From the NCBI GenBank assembly GCA_963695555.1, contig CAVOGR010000001.1:512001-576000 (forward strand): a stretch of DNA of 64,000 nucleotides, read 5' to 3'. Below, piece after piece: positions 1 through 9,765 of the stretch. Origin of the DNA: an uncultured Gemmatimonadales bacterium (GTDB taxonomy: Bacteria > Gemmatimonadota > Gemmatimonadetes > Gemmatimonadales > GWC2-71-9). Numbering within the stretch: the stretch's first letter is position 1; every line of letters begins with the position of its first letter. The notes under the pieces are model-generated. The model was not told the DNA's origin, made no database searches, and was given only the letters and a program-made list of their open reading frames with translations. The translations under genes were made by a program, and so were the position numbers.

Positions 1-813
1 TTCCTCGAGCAGCAGGCGGTTTACCTCCTGCATGCTGGCCAAGGGCGTCTTGAGGTCGTGCGAAACATGCGAGACAAAGTCCTTCTTTGCCTGGTCGAGT
101 TCGCCCAGTCGCGCGATCATGACGTTGAAGTCGGCACTTACTTGCGCGAACTCATCATCCCGCGAAGGGTTGAGGCGGTATGCAAAGTCGCCCTGGGCGA
201 CTGCATGGGTGCCTCGCTTGAGATGCCGCAAGGATTCGGTGATGGACCGGACGATGCGGACCGCGATCAGGAGGCTCAGCAACAACGCGATCGCCAGCCC
301 GAAGAGCGCGATCAGGAGGGTGCGCCGCGCCGCCGCGGAAGTGCGCTCGAGTTCGTCGACCATGGCGGCTTGGGCCGCCTCGTTGACCTGCCCAGTTTGT
401 TTCCGGAGCTCCGGAAAGCCGTCGCTCGAGCGCTCGAGCGCGTCGGGCTCTCTCGCGCCGGTTCCGCCATACGCCGCCCAGATGTCGAGGAGGCGGCTCA
501 GCTCCTGACGCTCGGCGGGCGAGAGCGAAAGCGCGCGGAGCTGGCTCAGCGTGGTCCCAAAGGCTCGCAGCGCATCGGTGGCCTGCTCGGCATACCCGGC
601 CTCTCCGGTTACCAGGTATTTCCGGACATTTTCGTTGTAATCATCGAGGTGCTGCAGCTGCTGCGTTGCGGCCAGCGTCAACCGCGAGCTAGTGAGGAGT
701 TCCTGGTTTGTGCGCACCGCCTGCGAGATGACGTAGGCCTGATATACCAGGACGCACGCCAGGAGGCCGATGAGAATCCCGTAGCCGCTCGTGAGTCGGG
801 TCGCGACCTTCAT
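1..813 (-). CDS. Sensor histidine kinase (two TM, HAMP, HisKA), truncated by the window edge
   Basis: Not in the ORF track because it has no stop in the window. Read manually from ATG at 813: MKVATRLTSGYGILIGLLACVLVYQ... ending in the H-box KKDFVSHVSHDLKTPLASMQE. Directly downstream of a sigma54 response regulator. Confidence 0.88.
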   Translation of the reverse strand, partial: MKVATRLTSGYGILIGLLACVLVYQAYVISQAVRTNQELLTSSRLTLAATQQLQHLDDYNENVRKYLVTGEAGYAEQATDALRAFGTTLSQLRALSLSPAERQELSRLLDIWAAYGGTGAREPDALERSSDGFPELRKQTGQVNEAAQAAMVDELERTSAAARRTLLIALFGLAIALLLSLLIAVRIVRSITESLRHLKRGTHAVAQGDFAYRLNPSRDDEFAQVSADFNVMIARLGELDQAKKDFVSHVSHDLKTPLASMQEVNRLLLEE

Positions 814-822
814 GGAACTACC

Positions 823-2193
823 TCAGCCCAACCCGTACGACTTGAGTTTGTTGCGGATGGTCTTGACGTCCAGCTTGAGTCTCCGGGCGGCTTCCGCCTT
901 GTTGTGCCCGACCCGCTTCAGCGTGTCCAAGATGAGTCGTTTTTCCACTTCGGCCAAGCTCATTCCGGCCAGCGCTTCCGTCGCCGCTGCGTCGGGCTCC
1001 GGCCCGGCGCCATTCACGTCGATGAAGTAGGGCGGCAGGTCGGTCACCTCGATCCAGCCGTCGGCCAGGACGATGGCCCGTTCGATGACGTTCTTGAGCT
1101 CGCGAACGTTGCCGGGCCAGCCATACGACACGAGCCGCTCGCGCGCCTCATCGCGCAACCCCTCGATGGCGCGGCCATGCTTCTCGTTGAAATGGCGGAT
1201 GAAATGCTGGGCGAGGAGCGGGATGTCCTCCCGCCGCGCCCGGAGTGGAGGGACGAGGAGGGTGAACACGCTCAACCGGTAGAAGAGGTCTTCGCGAAGC
1301 TGGCCGTCCTTTACGGCCGCTGCGGGCTCGCGGTTGGTGGCGGCGAGCACCCGAACGTCGAAATGATGTTCCTGGGAGCCTCCGAGCCGCCGCACCTTTC
1401 CGTCCTCCAAAATCCGCAGCAGCTTCGGCTGGAGCGCGCTCGGCATCTCCGCTATTTCGTCCAGAAAGAGCGTGCCCTGATGAGCCAGCTCGAAGCAGCC
1501 CTGCCGGGTGGCGATCGCGCCGGTGAATGCGCCCTTCTCGTGGCCGAAGATCTCGCTCTCGATCAGGCTCTCGGCCATGGCCGCGGCGTTGATGGCAATG
1601 AACGGCTGTCCACGACGCGCGCTCAACGCATGAATGATCCTGACCACGAGTTCCTTGCCGGTGCCGCTCTCCCCGGTAACGAGTGCCGAGGCGTCGGTTG
1701 AAGCGACCCGTTCAATCAGGTCGCGGACGTCCTGAATGGCGCCGCTCTTCCCGATAATGGCGCCGGTGGGCGCTGGTCGAGCCAGCTCCTGCTCGAGGTC
1801 GCGAACCTCGGCCCGTAGCGCGATGTCGCGACCGGCGGCCTGCAATACCGCCCTCAGCTTGGCGTAATCCAACGGCTTGGTGAGGAAGTCCTTGGCCCCT
1901 CGCTTCATCGCGTCGACGGCAAGCTCCACCGTGCCGTAGGCCGTCATCAATATGACCGGTCGGGTCGGGTCTCCTGCGGTCAGATTGGCGAGCAGGTCGA
2001 GGCCCGTCATGTCGGGAAGGACCACGTCAGAGATGACCAGGTCGGGGGCGCGCGTTCGGATCAGCCGCGCGGCCGCCTCACCATCGGCGGCAACACACAC
2101 GTCGTACCCCCAGTCGGCCAGCCGCATGGCCACGACCTCGCGCATGGCGGGTTCATCATCGACGACCAGGACGAGCAGACGTTCTTCGGGCAT
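823..2193 (-). CDS. Sigma54-dependent response regulator (NtrC/AtoC family: REC, AAA+, Fis HTH)
   Basis: VVDDE receiver, GESGTGKE Walker A, GAFTGA, LFLDEI, WPGNVREL, C-terminal HTH. Start at ATG 2193 or GTG 2205. Confidence 0.95.
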   Translation of the reverse strand: MPEERLLVLVVDDEPAMREVVAMRLADWGYDVCVAADGEAAARLIRTRAPDLVISDVVLPDMTGLDLLANLTAGDPTRPVILMTAYGTVELAVDAMKRGAKDFLTKPLDYAKLRAVLQAAGRDIALRAEVRDLEQELARPAPTGAIIGKSGAIQDVRDLIERVASTDASALVTGESGTGKELVVRIIHALSARRGQPFIAINAAAMAESLIESEIFGHEKGAFTGAIATRQGCFELAHQGTLFLDEIAEMPSALQPKLLRILEDGKVRRLGGSQEHHFDVRVLAATNREPAAAVKDGQLREDLFYRLSVFTLLVPPLRARREDIPLLAQHFIRHFNEKHGRAIEGLRDEARERLVSYGWPGNVRELKNVIERAIVLADGWIEVTDLPPYFIDVNGAGPEPDAAATEALAGMSLAEVEKRLILDTLKRVGHNKAEAARRLKLDVKTIRNKLKSYGLG

Positions 2194-2280
2194 TGCACCG
2201 GGCACGGGGATTCGAGGAACCTTGAAGTATCCCCCTTTTCGAGCCCTGGTACAACCGCAGGCCCCGGGGCCCCTCGAAAT

Positions 2281-2318
2281 GACGAGCCCGCCGCCCGGGA
2301 TTGGGCGGCGGGCTCGTC
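2281..2318 (-). terminator. GC-rich hairpin, probable terminator downstream of mscL
   Basis: GACGAGCCCGCCGCCC...GGGCGGCGGGCTCGTC perfect inverted repeat about 25 nt after the mscL stop. Confidence 0.7.
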
Positions 2319-2341
2319 CGATGCTGCGCGAGGCGGGGGTT

Positions 2342-2770
2342 TTAGGCCCGCTTGGCCAGGAGGTCGCGGATTTCCTTCAGGACCTTCTCCTCCGCCGATG
2401 GAGGCGGTGGGGATGCAGGGGCCGCCTCTTCCTGCTTCTTGAGCTTGTTCATGTTCTTGACCACAATGAACAGCACAAACGACACGATCAGAAACGCAAT
2501 CAGGGCATTGATGAACAGGCCGTAGCCCAGGACGGCTGCCCCGGCCTCACGTGCGGCCGCGACCGAGGTGAATGTCTCGCCGGTGGGGTTCCGCAGCACT
2601 GCGAACAGGTTGCTGAAGTCGGGTGCGTCGAATACGGTGGCCACGATCGGCATCAGAATGTCGTCCACCACGGATTTCACCACCGTGCCGAACGCCGCCC
2701 CGATGATGATGCCGACGGCCATGTCGACCATGTTGCCCTTGATCGCGAACTCCTTGAAATCCTTCAACAT
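2342..2770 (-). CDS. mscL: Large-conductance mechanosensitive channel
   Basis: [28 protein letters not shown]...[16 protein letters not shown] upstream of ATG 2770. Confidence 0.97.
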   Translation of the reverse strand: MLKDFKEFAIKGNMVDMAVGIIIGAAFGTVVKSVVDDILMPIVATVFDAPDFSNLFAVLRNPTGETFTSVAAAREAGAAVLGYGLFINALIAFLIVSFVLFIVVKNMNKLKKQEEAAPASPPPPSAEEKVLKEIRDLLAKRA

Positions 2771-3012
2771 CGCTCCTCCAATCCAGGCGCGTGAATCCTC
2801 TCGGAGACCCCCAGCCCGGCCGGGCTGCGGGATTCCGCTGCGGTTAATAACTGCCACCCGCCGAGCGGGCAAGCGGGCGGCCGTGACGGCCTATTCATGG
2901 GCCTTGCGAGCGGGCGACGGGGACGGTTCTTCGTGCCGGCCCCTCTCGCGGCCTCCCACCAACCGGCCGGCTCATTCCGTGGCCGAGCCCATGGGTCGAT
3001 GCGCCCACGCAA

Positions 3013-3076
3013 TGTCCAACTATTACCTTGACAAACTATTGACAAAAGGCGATTGTTGTTGTACAATGACTGGACA
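3013..3076 (+). promoter_or_regulatory. Sigma70 promoter overlapped by TnnACA direct repeats (CarH/LitR-type operator candidate)
   Basis: -35 TTGACA 3039-3044, 17-bp spacer, -10 TACAAT 3062-3067. TnnACA boxes at 3028, 3039, 3060 and 3071 (two pairs at 11-bp spacing) plus an inverted TGTCCA at 3013. Confidence 0.7.
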
Positions 3077-3155
3077 AGGAGCCAGTCGGATGATCGGCCT
3101 GAGTCTATAAGTCGCTGTTACACAACAGATTACTGAATCTCAGGAGGATAACAAC

Positions 3156-3650
3156 ATGTCAGTCTTCTCCACCAAGCGTGCCGCTGCAGCCGCCGTGCTC
3201 GCGCTGAGCCTCGGCCTCGCCGCCTGCGACGACGATCCGGTCGCGCCGGCCCAGCTGAACATCGTTGAGACGGCTGTTGCCGCCGGCTCATTCAACACCC
3301 TGGTTGCGGCCGTCGAGGCCGCCGGGCTCGAGTCGGCGTTGACCGGACCTGGCCCCTTCACGGTCTTTGCACCCACCGACGCCGCGTTCAATGCGCTGCC
3401 GGCCGGTGCGCTCGATGCCCTGCTGCAGGACCCGCAGGCGCTGAGCGAGGTCCTCCTGTACCACGTGGTTTCCGGTAAGGTCCTCGCGGCCGATGTGGTC
3501 AACCTGACCTCCGCGACCACCCTGCAGGGGCAGTCGATAACCATCGACGCTTCCAACGGTGTCCTGGTCAACGATGCGCAAGTGACTCAGACCGACGTGG
3601 AGGCCTCGAATGGCGTCATCCACGTGATCGACAAGGTATTGCTGCCGTAA
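3156..3650 (+). CDS. Fasciclin (FAS1) domain lipoprotein
   Basis: Lipobox [23 protein letters not shown] and [13 protein letters not shown] motifs; AGGAGG RBS. Confidence 0.95.
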   Translation: MSVFSTKRAAAAAVLALSLGLAACDDDPVAPAQLNIVETAVAAGSFNTLVAAVEAAGLESALTGPGPFTVFAPTDAAFNALPAGALDALLQDPQALSEVLLYHVVSGKVLAADVVNLTSATTLQGQSITIDASNGVLVNDAQVTQTDVEASNGVIHVIDKVLLP

Positions 3651-3677
3651 CCCCGTCAGGGTTTCCGATGGCGCGCA

Positions 3678-3703
3678 CGGAGCCGGCGATCTCGCCGGCT
3701 CCG
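3678..3703 (+). terminator. Hairpin, probable terminator after the fasciclin gene
   Basis: CGGAGCCGGCG-ATCT-CGCCGGCTCCG followed by CTTGCGTTT. Confidence 0.6.
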
Positions 3704-3910
3704 CTTGCGTTTGACAGCAATCCGGCCGGGAATCAATTTGGGAATCGGGCCCGACTGGCCCGGCCGGCGAAGCACGAGGTGTCAACCATGCGGCCCCGGA
3801 ATCGTCCCCTCTTCCAGATCCCGCTACTGGGCCGTCACGTGTCCCGCCCCGCCCAGAGGACTGAGGAGCCGATCCGTTGCTGTCCGCCGGCACGAAGGAG
3901 TAACGACACC

Positions 3911-5068
3911 ATGCACCGTTTCCCCCGTCCTTTCGGGCTCATCGTAATGTTGGGCGCCATCGCCGCCTGCGGCAATTCGTCGGGACCCACCGGGATCGGT
4001 CTGCTCGGCACTCCTCAGGTTGCAGCCGGAGACAACCACTCCTGCTTCCTCGACACGGCCGGGATCATCCGGTGCTGGGGCTGGGGTGCCCTGGGGCAGC
4101 TTGGCGCTGGAGATACGCTCAACAGCAGCTCACCCGTGCAGGTCGAGGGAGGCATTGGCTACCGCTGGCTCGCGGTCGGCAGCAATCACTCCTGCGGCAT
4201 CCTGGAGGATGGGAGGGCGACGTGTTGGGGGGCGGCCCACGCGGGAGAGCTGGGTAACGGCATGAGCCAAGGCAGGGTCACCACACCCGACGAGGTCCTC
4301 GGTGGCTCTCGGTTCACCACTCTCAGCGTGGGCGACGGCCACACCTGCGGAATCGCGCTGGCGGGCGAGGCGCTCTGCTGGGGTGAGGGTGCAAAGGGCC
4401 AACTCGGAAATGCAGATATCCAAGACCAGGCGGCGCCCGTTGGGGTTGCCACGGCTGTACAATTCAAGTCGATTGCCGCGGGACAGCTATTCACCTGCGG
4501 CGTCTCGACCCAGAATTCGGCGCATTGCTGGGGCGATAACACGTGGGGCCAGCTCGGCAGTGGCGTATTGGGCGGAACGAGCGCGACCCCGGTGGCGGTC
4601 ATCGGCGGGCACCAGTTCACGGCTATCTATGTTGGCAAGTCGTTCGTCTGCGCCTTGTCGACCGACCGGGATGCCTTTTGTTGGGGCGCCGCCTCGGGCG
4701 GGCGCCTTGGCAACGGTGGAGGGGCCGACACGGCGATCGCGGTCCCTGCGCCGGTCATCGGGGGCCACAAGTTCGAGGCCCTCGCCCTGGGGAGGGATCA
4801 CGCGTGCGGCATTGCGACCGATGCGAGCGCTTATTGTTGGGGCTTGAACACCTACGGGAAGCTGGGCGACGACATCGGTCCCTCGAGCCAAGAGCCGATC
4901 CAGGTCAGCGGAGGCCTCACATTCACCGGCATTACCGTGGGATTGGATCATACGTGTGGGGTGACGACCACCGGCAGCGGATACTGTTGGGGTCAGAACC
5001 TCATCGGTCAGCTCGGCCGCTCCCGGCCAGTTCAGAGCAGCGCCCCGCTCAAGGTCATGGGCCTCTAG
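3911..5068 (+). CDS. RCC1-repeat (beta-propeller) lipoprotein
   Basis: About seven repeats of G-x-x-H-T/S-C-G...C-W-G-x-N-x-x-G-Q-L-G; lipobox IAAC after ATG 3911, AAGGAG upstream. Confidence 0.9.
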   Translation: MHRFPRPFGLIVMLGAIAACGNSSGPTGIGLLGTPQVAAGDNHSCFLDTAGIIRCWGWGALGQLGAGDTLNSSSPVQVEGGIGYRWLAVGSNHSCGILEDGRATCWGAAHAGELGNGMSQGRVTTPDEVLGGSRFTTLSVGDGHTCGIALAGEALCWGEGAKGQLGNADIQDQAAPVGVATAVQFKSIAAGQLFTCGVSTQNSAHCWGDNTWGQLGSGVLGGTSATPVAVIGGHQFTAIYVGKSFVCALSTDRDAFCWGAASGGRLGNGGGADTAIAVPAPVIGGHKFEALALGRDHACGIATDASAYCWGLNTYGKLGDDIGPSSQEPIQVSGGLTFTGITVGLDHTCGVTTTGSGYCWGQNLIGQLGRSRPVQSSAPLKVMGL

Positions 5069-6441
5069 CGCGCAGTCCCGGGCAGCTTAGCCTCGTTGGC
5101 CTCCTGGTTCTTGCGCTCGCCGCGGGTGGCTGTATCGCGAGCGCTCATCCCGCACCGTCCGGCTCATTCCCCTCACTCAATCCATCCCCCACGTGCCTCA
5201 CGCCGCGCGGAACCCAGAGACGTCCGTTTCGGCTCGCCGTCGATGGGTCCATCGCCGCTGAACACGCTCCTCGCGCAACCAACGACGCCGAACGCCTGAT
5301 CTTTGCGCAGCTCTACGAGACCCTGGTCAACGTCGACTGCACCGGTCGGGTGTATCGCGGTCTGGCCGAGTCGTGGACGCGCGACACGGTCGAGCAGAAG
5401 TGGGTCTTCGTGCTGCGGTCCGATGCCCGGTTCTGGAATGGGACCCGACTCACCGCCGAGGATGTCGTGGCGAGTCTGGCACGCGAGGGGGTGTGGTCGG
5501 CTGGCCTCGGTCCAACACAGGTCCTCGTCCCGCTGGAGGATGCACCAGCGCTCGAGCCGGTCCGGTTCGCCGATCCTCGACTGGCCGTGTCGCGGCAAGT
5601 TGCCGGGCACACGTGGCCGCTTGGCACCGGTGCCTTCCGGCCGGAATCCACCGGTGCCGCTGAGCATGGCCGAGGGCTCGCACTCGTCAGGGACGGACCC
5701 GCCGAGCCCGCGGTCGAGATCATCCAAGGGCAGGGTCGGGATGCCCGCGACCTCTTGGACAGCGGGGTCGACATCCTGATCACCTCTGAGCCGGCCGTCA
5801 CCGAATACGCAACATCGCTTCCGGAGTTCTCCACCGTCGCCCTGCCCTGGACCTCGACCTATGTGTGGGCGTCGCCAGCAGCGGCGCCGGTCGACTCGGC
5901 CAGCACGGGCGTCCTCGGCGGACAGCTTCGCGATGCCGTGCTGGCCGAAAGCCGGGCGGCAGCCGCACCGTTCTGGTGGCAGGAGCTTGGCGAATGCGGC
6001 ATGGAGTATCCACCGACCAGCGTCGACCCACGGACCCTCCCGTCACGCCTCGTCACCTTGGGCCGCGACCTGACAGCCACGGGCCTTGCCGCCCGGTTGA
6101 TCGTCTTGGCGCGATCATCTCGTCCGGGTACCGGGCCGGTCGCGTCCTTGGGACCGGATGTCGTCGCGGCCCCGCTTGGTCCTACCGAGTTTGACATTGT
6201 GCTCAGCGCGGGCCGGGATCGAGGGTACGTCTTCCCGCTGCCCCGTGCGGTGTACCAGCCGTGCCGCGCGGCGGCGGCGCTTCACGACAAGGTCCCGTGG
6301 CTCGACCCCGGCACCATCGTGCCGCTGGTGGATACGCGTGGCCGCCTGGTGGTTCGAAGCGGCGTTCCTCTCATGGCTGTGGATTGGGACGGTACTGTTC
6401 GGCTCGACCATCGAATGTTCTCGGAAGCGGGCCGGGAATGA
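5069..6441 (+). CDS. Family-5 solute-binding-protein-like lipoprotein, divergent; start codon unresolved
   Basis: Signal/lipobox LLVLALAAGGC; QLYETLV...GLAESW...WVFVLRSDARFWNGTRLTAEDVVAS is the SBP_bac_5 N-terminal signature. Stop overlaps the next ATG (ATGA). Confidence 0.7.
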
Positions 6442-8180
6442 CGTTTCGCGCTCGGGTCCTGGCGGGTTTCCTCGTCGTCGTGCTCGTTCCACTTCTGGTA
6501 TTCGCCGTCGGCACTCGGCGGCTGGTCCGCGAACGTCTCGTGGCCCAGTACGACCGGCGAGTGGAGCTCTTGGTAACGATGCTGGAGCAGGACATGGCGC
6601 AGCAGGGCAGGGCGGTAAGCGAGCGGATCGAGTCGCTCGCCGCGTTGCTCGCCGAGGACAATCGATTTCGCCAGGGACTTCAGGGGCATGCCGGCGCCCG
6701 AGGTTATCTGCTGGATTACGCAGGCATAGCGATGCGTCAGTCCGGACTCGATATGTTGCTGGTGCTCGACCGGGACGGCCGTATCCTGAGTTCGGGCCAT
6801 TTCCGCAACGAGTACGACCGGCCCGAGCCGGCCCTGGTCAGCGAAGTTGCCGCGGCCGACACGAGTCCCGTGCTCGTTCCCATGCGGACCGCCGCCAGCG
6901 GGTTCACGGTCATTGCGAAGGCCACGGCGTTCCGGCTCGGCGGGCGAGACCTGGGGTTGGTCGGCGGCGTCGATGTTCAGCGGCGGCTCATCGATCGATG
7001 GAATGACGATGAACAACTGGCCGTTGCGCTCGAGTTTCCAAGATCCGGTGACACCTCGGACACCGTGGATGGTCCTGCCGCGTGGCAAATAGTCCGTGAG
7101 GTGCCGGTGGTGTACTTGGCTCCCGCCGCCGCTCCGGAAGAACCGCGGGTCGTCACGCAGGCACACGTCCGCATCACCCATTCGCTCGCTTCGCTGCAGG
7201 AGCTGACCCGCGCCGTGGACCTGTGGTTCCTCGTTGCACTCCTCGTGACCAGTCTTGCGGCGCTCGGAGTTGCCGGGTGGGTGTCCGCCCGTCTCAGCCG
7301 CCCGCTGACCGACTTAGCGGAGAAGACCGCGCATGTCGACCTCGACAACCTCGATGTCGACTTCACCAGCGAGCGTACCGACGAGGTCGGGTCCTTGTCG
7401 CGACTCCTGGGTGCCATGACGGCTCGGCTCAAAGCGAGCGCAACCAGGCTGCGCGATGCAGAACGGCGCGCCACCGTTGGTGAGTTTGCCCGGCAAGTGA
7501 ACCACGACATCAAGAATGGTTTGACGCCGATTCGAAATGTCATCCGACATTTCATCGACGTCGTACGAGATGCGCCGGCAACCTTGCCGGACGTCTTCAT
7601 CAAACGGCAGGGAACGCTCGATGCCAGTCTGTCGTACCTGGAAAACCTTGCTGCGAATTACGCCAAGCTCTCCCCGGTTACGGCCACCGCGTCATGCGAT
7701 GTGGCGGCTGTCGTGCACCGTGTCATCGCCGGTACTGAGGCTCTTGGGGTGGGAGCGGTCCGGGCCGACATCGCGGCAGCCCTGCCGCTGGTTCGCGGAG
7801 ATCCGGTGGTGGTTCAACGTGTGCTCGAGAACTTGGTCCATAATGCCATCGCGAGCCTGGTCGATGACGGTACCGTCACCGTATCCGCCGCCCCATCGCC
7901 CGACGCCCTTCCGGGTGGTGCCGTCCGGCTCACGGTGGCCGATACGGGACGGGGTATGACGCAGGAAGAACTGGGGCGCATCTTCGAAGACTTCTACACC
8001 ACGACACCGGGAGGCACCGGGTTGGGTCTATCCATCGTGCGCCGCCTCGTTGGCGATCTGGGTGGCAGGCTCGAGATCGAGAGCGAGCCGGGTGTTGGCA
8101 CCCGGGTCACCGTCGACCTTCCGAGAGCGGTGGAGCAGGTGTCCTCCACCCAGGGCCAGAGCCGAGGAGAGGACCGATGA
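6438..8180 (+). CDS. Membrane sensor histidine kinase (HAMP, HisKA, HATPase; NtrY-like)
   Basis: Two TM segments, HAMP (DEVGSL), H-box VNHDIKNGLTPI, NLVHNA, DTGRG, GTGLGL. Confidence 0.93.
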   Translation: MTFRARVLAGFLVVVLVPLLVFAVGTRRLVRERLVAQYDRRVELLVTMLEQDMAQQGRAVSERIESLAALLAEDNRFRQGLQGHAGARGYLLDYAGIAMRQSGLDMLLVLDRDGRILSSGHFRNEYDRPEPALVSEVAAADTSPVLVPMRTAASGFTVIAKATAFRLGGRDLGLVGGVDVQRRLIDRWNDDEQLAVALEFPRSGDTSDTVDGPAAWQIVREVPVVYLAPAAAPEEPRVVTQAHVRITHSLASLQELTRAVDLWFLVALLVTSLAALGVAGWVSARLSRPLTDLAEKTAHVDLDNLDVDFTSERTDEVGSLSRLLGAMTARLKASATRLRDAERRATVGEFARQVNHDIKNGLTPIRNVIRHFIDVVRDAPATLPDVFIKRQGTLDASLSYLENLAANYAKLSPVTATASCDVAAVVHRVIAGTEALGVGAVRADIAAALPLVRGDPVVVQRVLENLVHNAIASLVDDGTVTVSAAPSPDALPGGAVRLTVADTGRGMTQEELGRIFEDFYTTTPGGTGLGLSIVRRLVGDLGGRLEIESEPGVGTRVTVDLPRAVEQVSSTQGQSRGEDR

Positions 8181-9535
8181 GTGTGGTACTGGTGGTGGAT
8201 GATGTGCAGGCGATGGCGGAGCAGTACGCCTACGACCTCGAGCGTCTCGGCGGGTTCGAAACGAGAACGGCTGCGGGCGGGGCCGATGCGCTCGAGGTTC
8301 TCGAGAGTGAACATGTCGATTGCGTCATTCTCGATCTCGAGATGCCGGGCATGGACGGGTTCGAGGTGCTACGGGTTCTCCAGGACCGCGGGAACGCTGT
8401 GCCGGTGATCGTCTACACTGGCACTGGCAACTACGATCGGTGTGTCCAGGCCGTGCAGCTCGGCGCGTACAGCTTCATCGACAAATCCGAGCCGATGGCA
8501 AAGGTGATCCGAGAGGTGGTCAACGCCCTCGACCTGCGGAAGCTTGCCGACGAACTGTCCATTTTGCGCCGCCGCCTCGGCGACGACACACCGCTTCGCG
8601 GCGGCAGTCCCGCCATGGAGGAATTGCGGCGAGCCATTGGCCGGTTGGCGGCCGTGCCGAGTCCGGCACTGATTGTGGGCGAGAGTGGGGTGGGAAAGGA
8701 GCTCGTAGCTCGCGAGCTGCATCGCCTAGGCCCGCATACCGGTGAGCCATTCGTTGCAGTGAACAGTGCCGCACTGCCGGAACACCTGGTCGAGAGTGAG
8801 CTCTTCGGTCATGAACGTGGCGCGTTCACCGGCGCCCACAGGCTCCACATCGGCGCGTTCGAGCGTGCGGGCAAGGGCACCCTCTTCCTCGACGAGGTCG
8901 GGGAACTGGCGCCCCAGGTCCAGGCCAAGCTGCTCCGGGTCATCGAGGAGCGCGACGTAATGCGGGTCGGGGGGACGCGTCCCGTCGCCGTACGGGCGCG
9001 CGTGGTGGCTGCCACCAATCGGGACCTCGAAGAGGAGGTTACGGCCGGCCGGTTCCGAGAGGATCTCTACTACCGGCTGAATGTGCACATCGTGCGCGTG
9101 CCGACGCTGCGTGAGCGACTCTCGGACATTCCCGACCTCGTGGAGCATTTCCTGGCATCCATCTGCGAGCGCTTTGGGATCCGGAAAGTCAACATTACGC
9201 CCGACGCGTTGGCAACGCTCATGCGATATGACTGGCATCGCAACAACGTGCGCGAACTCCGCAATATCGTCGAGCGCATGATCATCGCCGCGGATGGCGG
9301 GGTGATCCAGCCCGCACACGTGCCTGCCGAGCTTCGATCGGTCGGCCTGGTGGACACGGCGCACTCCCCGCAGACCTTCAAGGAACTCAAGGCGGAAGCC
9401 GAGCGGCGGATTCTGGTTGAGGCGCTCGAGCGGAACGATTGGCGGATCACCCAAACCGCCGAAGCCCTCGGGCTCGCCGATCACGCGAGCCTGCTCAAGA
9501 TCATGCGCCGCCACAACCTGACCAAGAACAAATAA
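8177..9535 (+). CDS. Sigma54-dependent response regulator (NtrC/NtrX family)
   Basis: Receiver domain, [27 protein letters not shown], Fis HTH; ATGA overlap with the kinase. Confidence 0.95.
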   Translation: MSVVLVVDDVQAMAEQYAYDLERLGGFETRTAAGGADALEVLESEHVDCVILDLEMPGMDGFEVLRVLQDRGNAVPVIVYTGTGNYDRCVQAVQLGAYSFIDKSEPMAKVIREVVNALDLRKLADELSILRRRLGDDTPLRGGSPAMEELRRAIGRLAAVPSPALIVGESGVGKELVARELHRLGPHTGEPFVAVNSAALPEHLVESELFGHERGAFTGAHRLHIGAFERAGKGTLFLDEVGELAPQVQAKLLRVIEERDVMRVGGTRPVAVRARVVAATNRDLEEEVTAGRFREDLYYRLNVHIVRVPTLRERLSDIPDLVEHFLASICERFGIRKVNITPDALATLMRYDWHRNNVRELRNIVERMIIAADGGVIQPAHVPAELRSVGLVDTAHSPQTFKELKAEAERRILVEALERNDWRITQTAEALGLADHASLLKIMRRHNLTKNK

Positions 9536-9536
9536 A

Positions 9537-9586
9537 GTGTCGATTCGGACACATAAGGGTTGATCGTGCCGTGTCTGATCGGACAC
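9537..9586. promoter_or_regulatory. Tandem palindromic enhancer sites (bEBP upstream activating sequences)
   Basis: GTGTC-N6-GACAC at 9537-9552 and 9571-9586, about 100-150 bp upstream of a -24/-12 promoter. Confidence 0.65.
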
Positions 9587-9683
9587 ATCCCACTGGTTCT
9601 GGTCTGTCGCGACCGCTGGCTCTCACCTCATAAATAATTATAAATCAACACACTACGGCATCGCACTCCGGTCCGTGGCTGGG

Positions 9684-9698
9684 TGGCCACCTGCTTGC
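9684..9698 (+). promoter_or_regulatory. Sigma54 (-24/-12) promoter
   Basis: TGGCCACCTGCTTGC: GG at 9685-9686, 10-nt spacer, GC at 9697-9698; AT-rich IHF-like tract at 9630-9655. Confidence 0.7.
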
Positions 9699-9765
9699 CT
9701 CTAGAGCCGGGTGACCACGTCGGTCCAGTTCACCCGCCCCAGAGGGGCCCAATCCGGAGGACACC

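Noticed and set aside
58..1701. 547-aa plus-strand ORF
   Set aside because: Antisense shadow of the kinase and sigma54 regulator genes; no motifs, and long shadow ORFs are expected at high GC.
3108..3133. IHF-like site TAAGTCGCTG...CAACAGATTA in the fasciclin leader
   Set aside because: Only a partial match to WATCAANNNNTTR; not supportable alone.
4543..5068. N-terminal extension of the 632-aa ORF suggesting a long overlap with the RCC1 gene
   Set aside because: Alternative-frame read-through of the RCC1 gene; protein-like sequence begins only at about 5069.
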